Assembly (NCBI GenBank): GCA_032718475.1
Contig: JAUCBJ010007687.1
Coordinates: 1-64,000 of the forward strand
Source of the DNA: Nemertoderma westbladi
Lineage: Eukaryota; Animalia; Xenacoelomorpha
Direction of reading: 5' to 3'
Length of the DNA stretch: 64,000 nucleotides
The position numbers were made by a program, and so were the translations under genes. The number at the start of each line of letters is the position of its first letter. Position 1 is the first letter of the stretch. Of the stretch, positions 61,101 through 64,000 are shown piece after piece. Under the pieces are notes generated by a model. That model ran no database searches and was not told the origin of the DNA. It worked only from the letters and a program-made list of their open reading frames with translations.

Positions 61101-63000
61101 AAATCGCCGCCTATCTCAACAAGAGACCGCTTATGCCAGTCTCATCGAGTCCCGATTCCCTGGAAGCGCTAACACCCGCGCACTTCCTACTGAAGAAACC
61201 TGTAGCCATGCTCCCACGATCGGAAATCACGGACAGAGACGAATACTGCCGGCAAACTTGGCAACTTATGCAGTTGTTATCCCGTCGTTTCGCTGACCAT
61301 TTCGAAAAACATTATCTGCCGACACAACAACTTCGAACCAAGTGGTTTGCGCAGCAAGAAAACGTCATCGCCGGAGACATGGTCCTTATTGTGGATTCAT
61401 ATCTTCCACGTAAGCGGTGGCAGACAGGTCGTATCATCGAGACTCATATCTCGGATGATGGTTTGGTGCGATCGGTAGAACTCGTCGTCATGCGACGTAA
61501 CTTTAAGAAACCGGGAATTGTCTTCGAGACGCAGCAACTCAACCGCCCAGTTGGTCGTTTATGTTTACTGGAAAGAGACAGAGAACTCTCCGGAAACTAT
61601 GGAAGGCAAGATACTCTTCCCACGACCACCTCCCTAATCCAACAAACATCTAGGGACTCCCCAACGTAACAGCGTCTGGAGTGGGTGTGTGACTACATTA
61701 TTTTATATTTTTTTATTATTTTTATATTTATGTATGCATTATTATGTAATTTCATTATTATAATCGTTTTCTTTAATTTTATTTAGTGGATTATTATTTT
61801 AGCGATTATTAAGTAGATTAGTGCAATATATATTCGTGTTTATTACTTAATTACTTAGCATTATACATTTCGTTTAACGGCGAGAAACAATTCATTTTCT
61901 CTTTCCTTACTGTCCGTATCATATTACAAATACGTGACTACAGTAAGATGAAATGTCCGTACTTATTAAAAAGTACAATACCGCCCCTACTATAATCAAG
62001 TATTATTGGTAAGTAGAGTATTGAGTATTAGGAATGCAAAGTTCAGATCCTCTTGTCTCGGCTAAACCAAGCTCTGGGTAGACCTTGGAAACGACTTGTC
62101 TCTTCTCACTGACATTGCTTCTTGCAATATTGCTCTCATACCGTATATTAAATAATACATATAGTAGAATGATGTCCATTTAACAGTAGCGTTAAAATGC
62201 AAAATAAATCTGTTAAACCCTTTGACCATCTGAAATTCTAGTCGATTAAGATATTGCGGCACCCACCGATATACTTGAAAGACAAAATTCTAGAATCAGT
62301 GGTTAATGTCCCCAGACATGTTCTGGAATAAATCGGTGCCCATCTTAAATATTAAACATTTAATAAATATTTATAAAATCTATTAAAACAAACGTTATAA
62401 TAGAGTAAATGCTGACAAATAAACTCTAAAGAGTTTGTAAACCAAAAATCTGTTAAAATTTAGATCCTTTAAATTTCTAGTCAATTAAGATATCGTAGCC
62501 CTTACCGATACTCTTAAAAAGACAAATTTCCTAGAATTAAGGATCCTAGTCCCCAGACATGCTCTGGAATAAAATTGTGTCTATTTTAATGTCAAATAAT
62601 AAAATTTACGGGAATAAATTTTAAATTCATATCCTCTCATAAATTTGATAAATTGTCATTTTTACAATTTATAACATTCCGAAAATTCCATTAATTAATA
62701 GATCATGGGAGCGGAGATTCACCCTATTAAGTATATTAGTGTGCAAGAATCTCCAATGTATAGTCAATAGCCGATAAAATTCATAAAATCATGTATAAAG
62801 GGGAATATTGACAATTAAAGAATTACTATTAAACAGCATCCCAGATCTGTATGCATGGGAATTACCCTAATTCTACTGCTAGCTTTCCATAATGTCACCA
62901 TAGCAACAACCACGCTAGAATTAGAAGCGAGTTAAAAGAACAATAGAAAGCTTGCCCCATTGAATAGCATACGGAATAAATAGCACCCTGCTAGTATCCA
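52152..63000 (+). mobile_element. BEL/Pao family 2, copy 2b (defective; 3' end missing or interrupted)
   Basis: 5' LTR at 52152-53331 (TGTAAAAG...GCGCGAACA). Colinear with the reverse complement of 2a until CTGCTAGTATCCA at ~63000. No ORF2 or 3' LTR is seen in the window. Confidence 0.9.
55136..61669 (+). pseudogene. Disrupted gag-pol of copy 2b; Zn-knuckle/protease region deleted; RT motif YMED
   Basis: Starts ATGGCTGACACAAAG, homologous to MSDTKQ of 2a. Multiple stops, a deletion at ~58113-58150, and an RNase H-integrase ORF at 59108-61669. Confidence 0.92.
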
Positions 63001-64000
63001 GTAAGCAACCGAGGGTGGACTCTCTATAGCCTCTGTCTAGCTCTATATAATAACTAATAATAACGAACCCCATCCTCTTATAATATATAACTCTGTAGTA
63101 GTCAGTAGCAGTAGTAATAATAGTAGTAGTAGTAGTAGTATAAGTAGTAAGTAATAGTAAAGGAGATCGGTTTAAACCAAAGTGATAAAGTAACATTATT
63201 ATATAACATAATCATATAGACAAAGTAGAATAAGATACAGATTCATAATTATTTTATCAAACTCATGTACTACTTACTTCAATGTGCCAATTGTAACAAT
63301 AATTAAACATATTATTCCGATTAATCTGCGTTTGGCCCTATAAGATATTATACTGAAGTGTTTTATATCAATATATCCATGCGAGTAAACAAGAAGTGAA
63401 GTAAATGTTTATTATTATAGTTTTAGAAATTGAATGATATACCCAAGATAGTGAAATAGATAATATACAAGAAATTGCCATTTGATCAGATATATCAAAA
63501 CGGCGTCTTTAGTATAATACCGTAATAGTATCAATTAACTCTGTTATACAATGTAAATAAAAAAAATAAATACTAAATCTATTTATAAATATATTATGAG
63601 CCCTACATTGTATATTGCTCCTACAAGTAGACAATGTAGTATGTTAAAACTTGATATAATTTGGTATAATGTATAACATATTACAAATAAGACTGAGGCA
63701 GCTAAACTATATTGCAAAGAAATCAAATATCCTAAAGTAATATACTAGACCCTCCCTCCACCCTATAAATAGTGTTCACCACCTACCCCACCCACCGCCC
63801 TTATTACTTCATAATAATGAAAGAAAGTACTGGCGCTCCGGTCACTCCGTTCCCTCCGCTGGGGGGGTTAAGTTGTAGATTTTGACACTATGCAAAATCC
63901 GAGCACAGAGTTAGAAGCGCATTGGATAGGCGAACATTTCTTGCAGTGAAAGTATTTCCATACCTATTATAGTTTTCGAGATAGTCAGACATGAGTAGCT

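Noticed and set aside
63001-64000. Possible further TE ends: a (TAG)n tract near 63095-63145 and a GGGGGGTTAA-led segment after 63860
   Set aside because: Too little sequence within the window to define boundaries or family.

Overview
Repeat-rich animal (probably marine invertebrate) genomic DNA. It holds two host genes: an intronless PCBD (561-962, +) and a spliced minus-strand gene with an ShKT domain followed by about six cationic 6-Cys saposin-like repeats (31498-33874). A 37-bp satellite (1257-30409) is split by a young 17.5-kb BEL/Pao LTR retrotransposon (element 1, 10088-27594; GTGGT TSD; non-canonical TA...TA LTR ends; extra 3' zinc-knuckle ORF). Two decayed copies of a second BEL/Pao family sit head-to-head (2a: 34440-49934, -; 2b: 52152 to ~63000, +). 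RTE-like and L2/CR1-like LINE fragments, tRNA-derived SINEs, a foldback MITE and a 38-bp minisatellite are also present. Main discovery: none of the three BEL/Pao elements has a tRNA-type (TGG...) primer-binding site. In each, the 11-12 nt directly after the 5' LTR are the exact complement of a site inside its own LTR, and 2a and 2b differ by three compensatory substitutions. This points to tRNA-independent self-primed reverse transcription in BEL/Pao, a mechanism I know only from the Tf1/sushi Ty3/Gypsy lineage. Both families also share a GGAGCGG PPT with an internal copy and an apparently homologous accessory 3' ORF. All calls were made by eye, without database searches.
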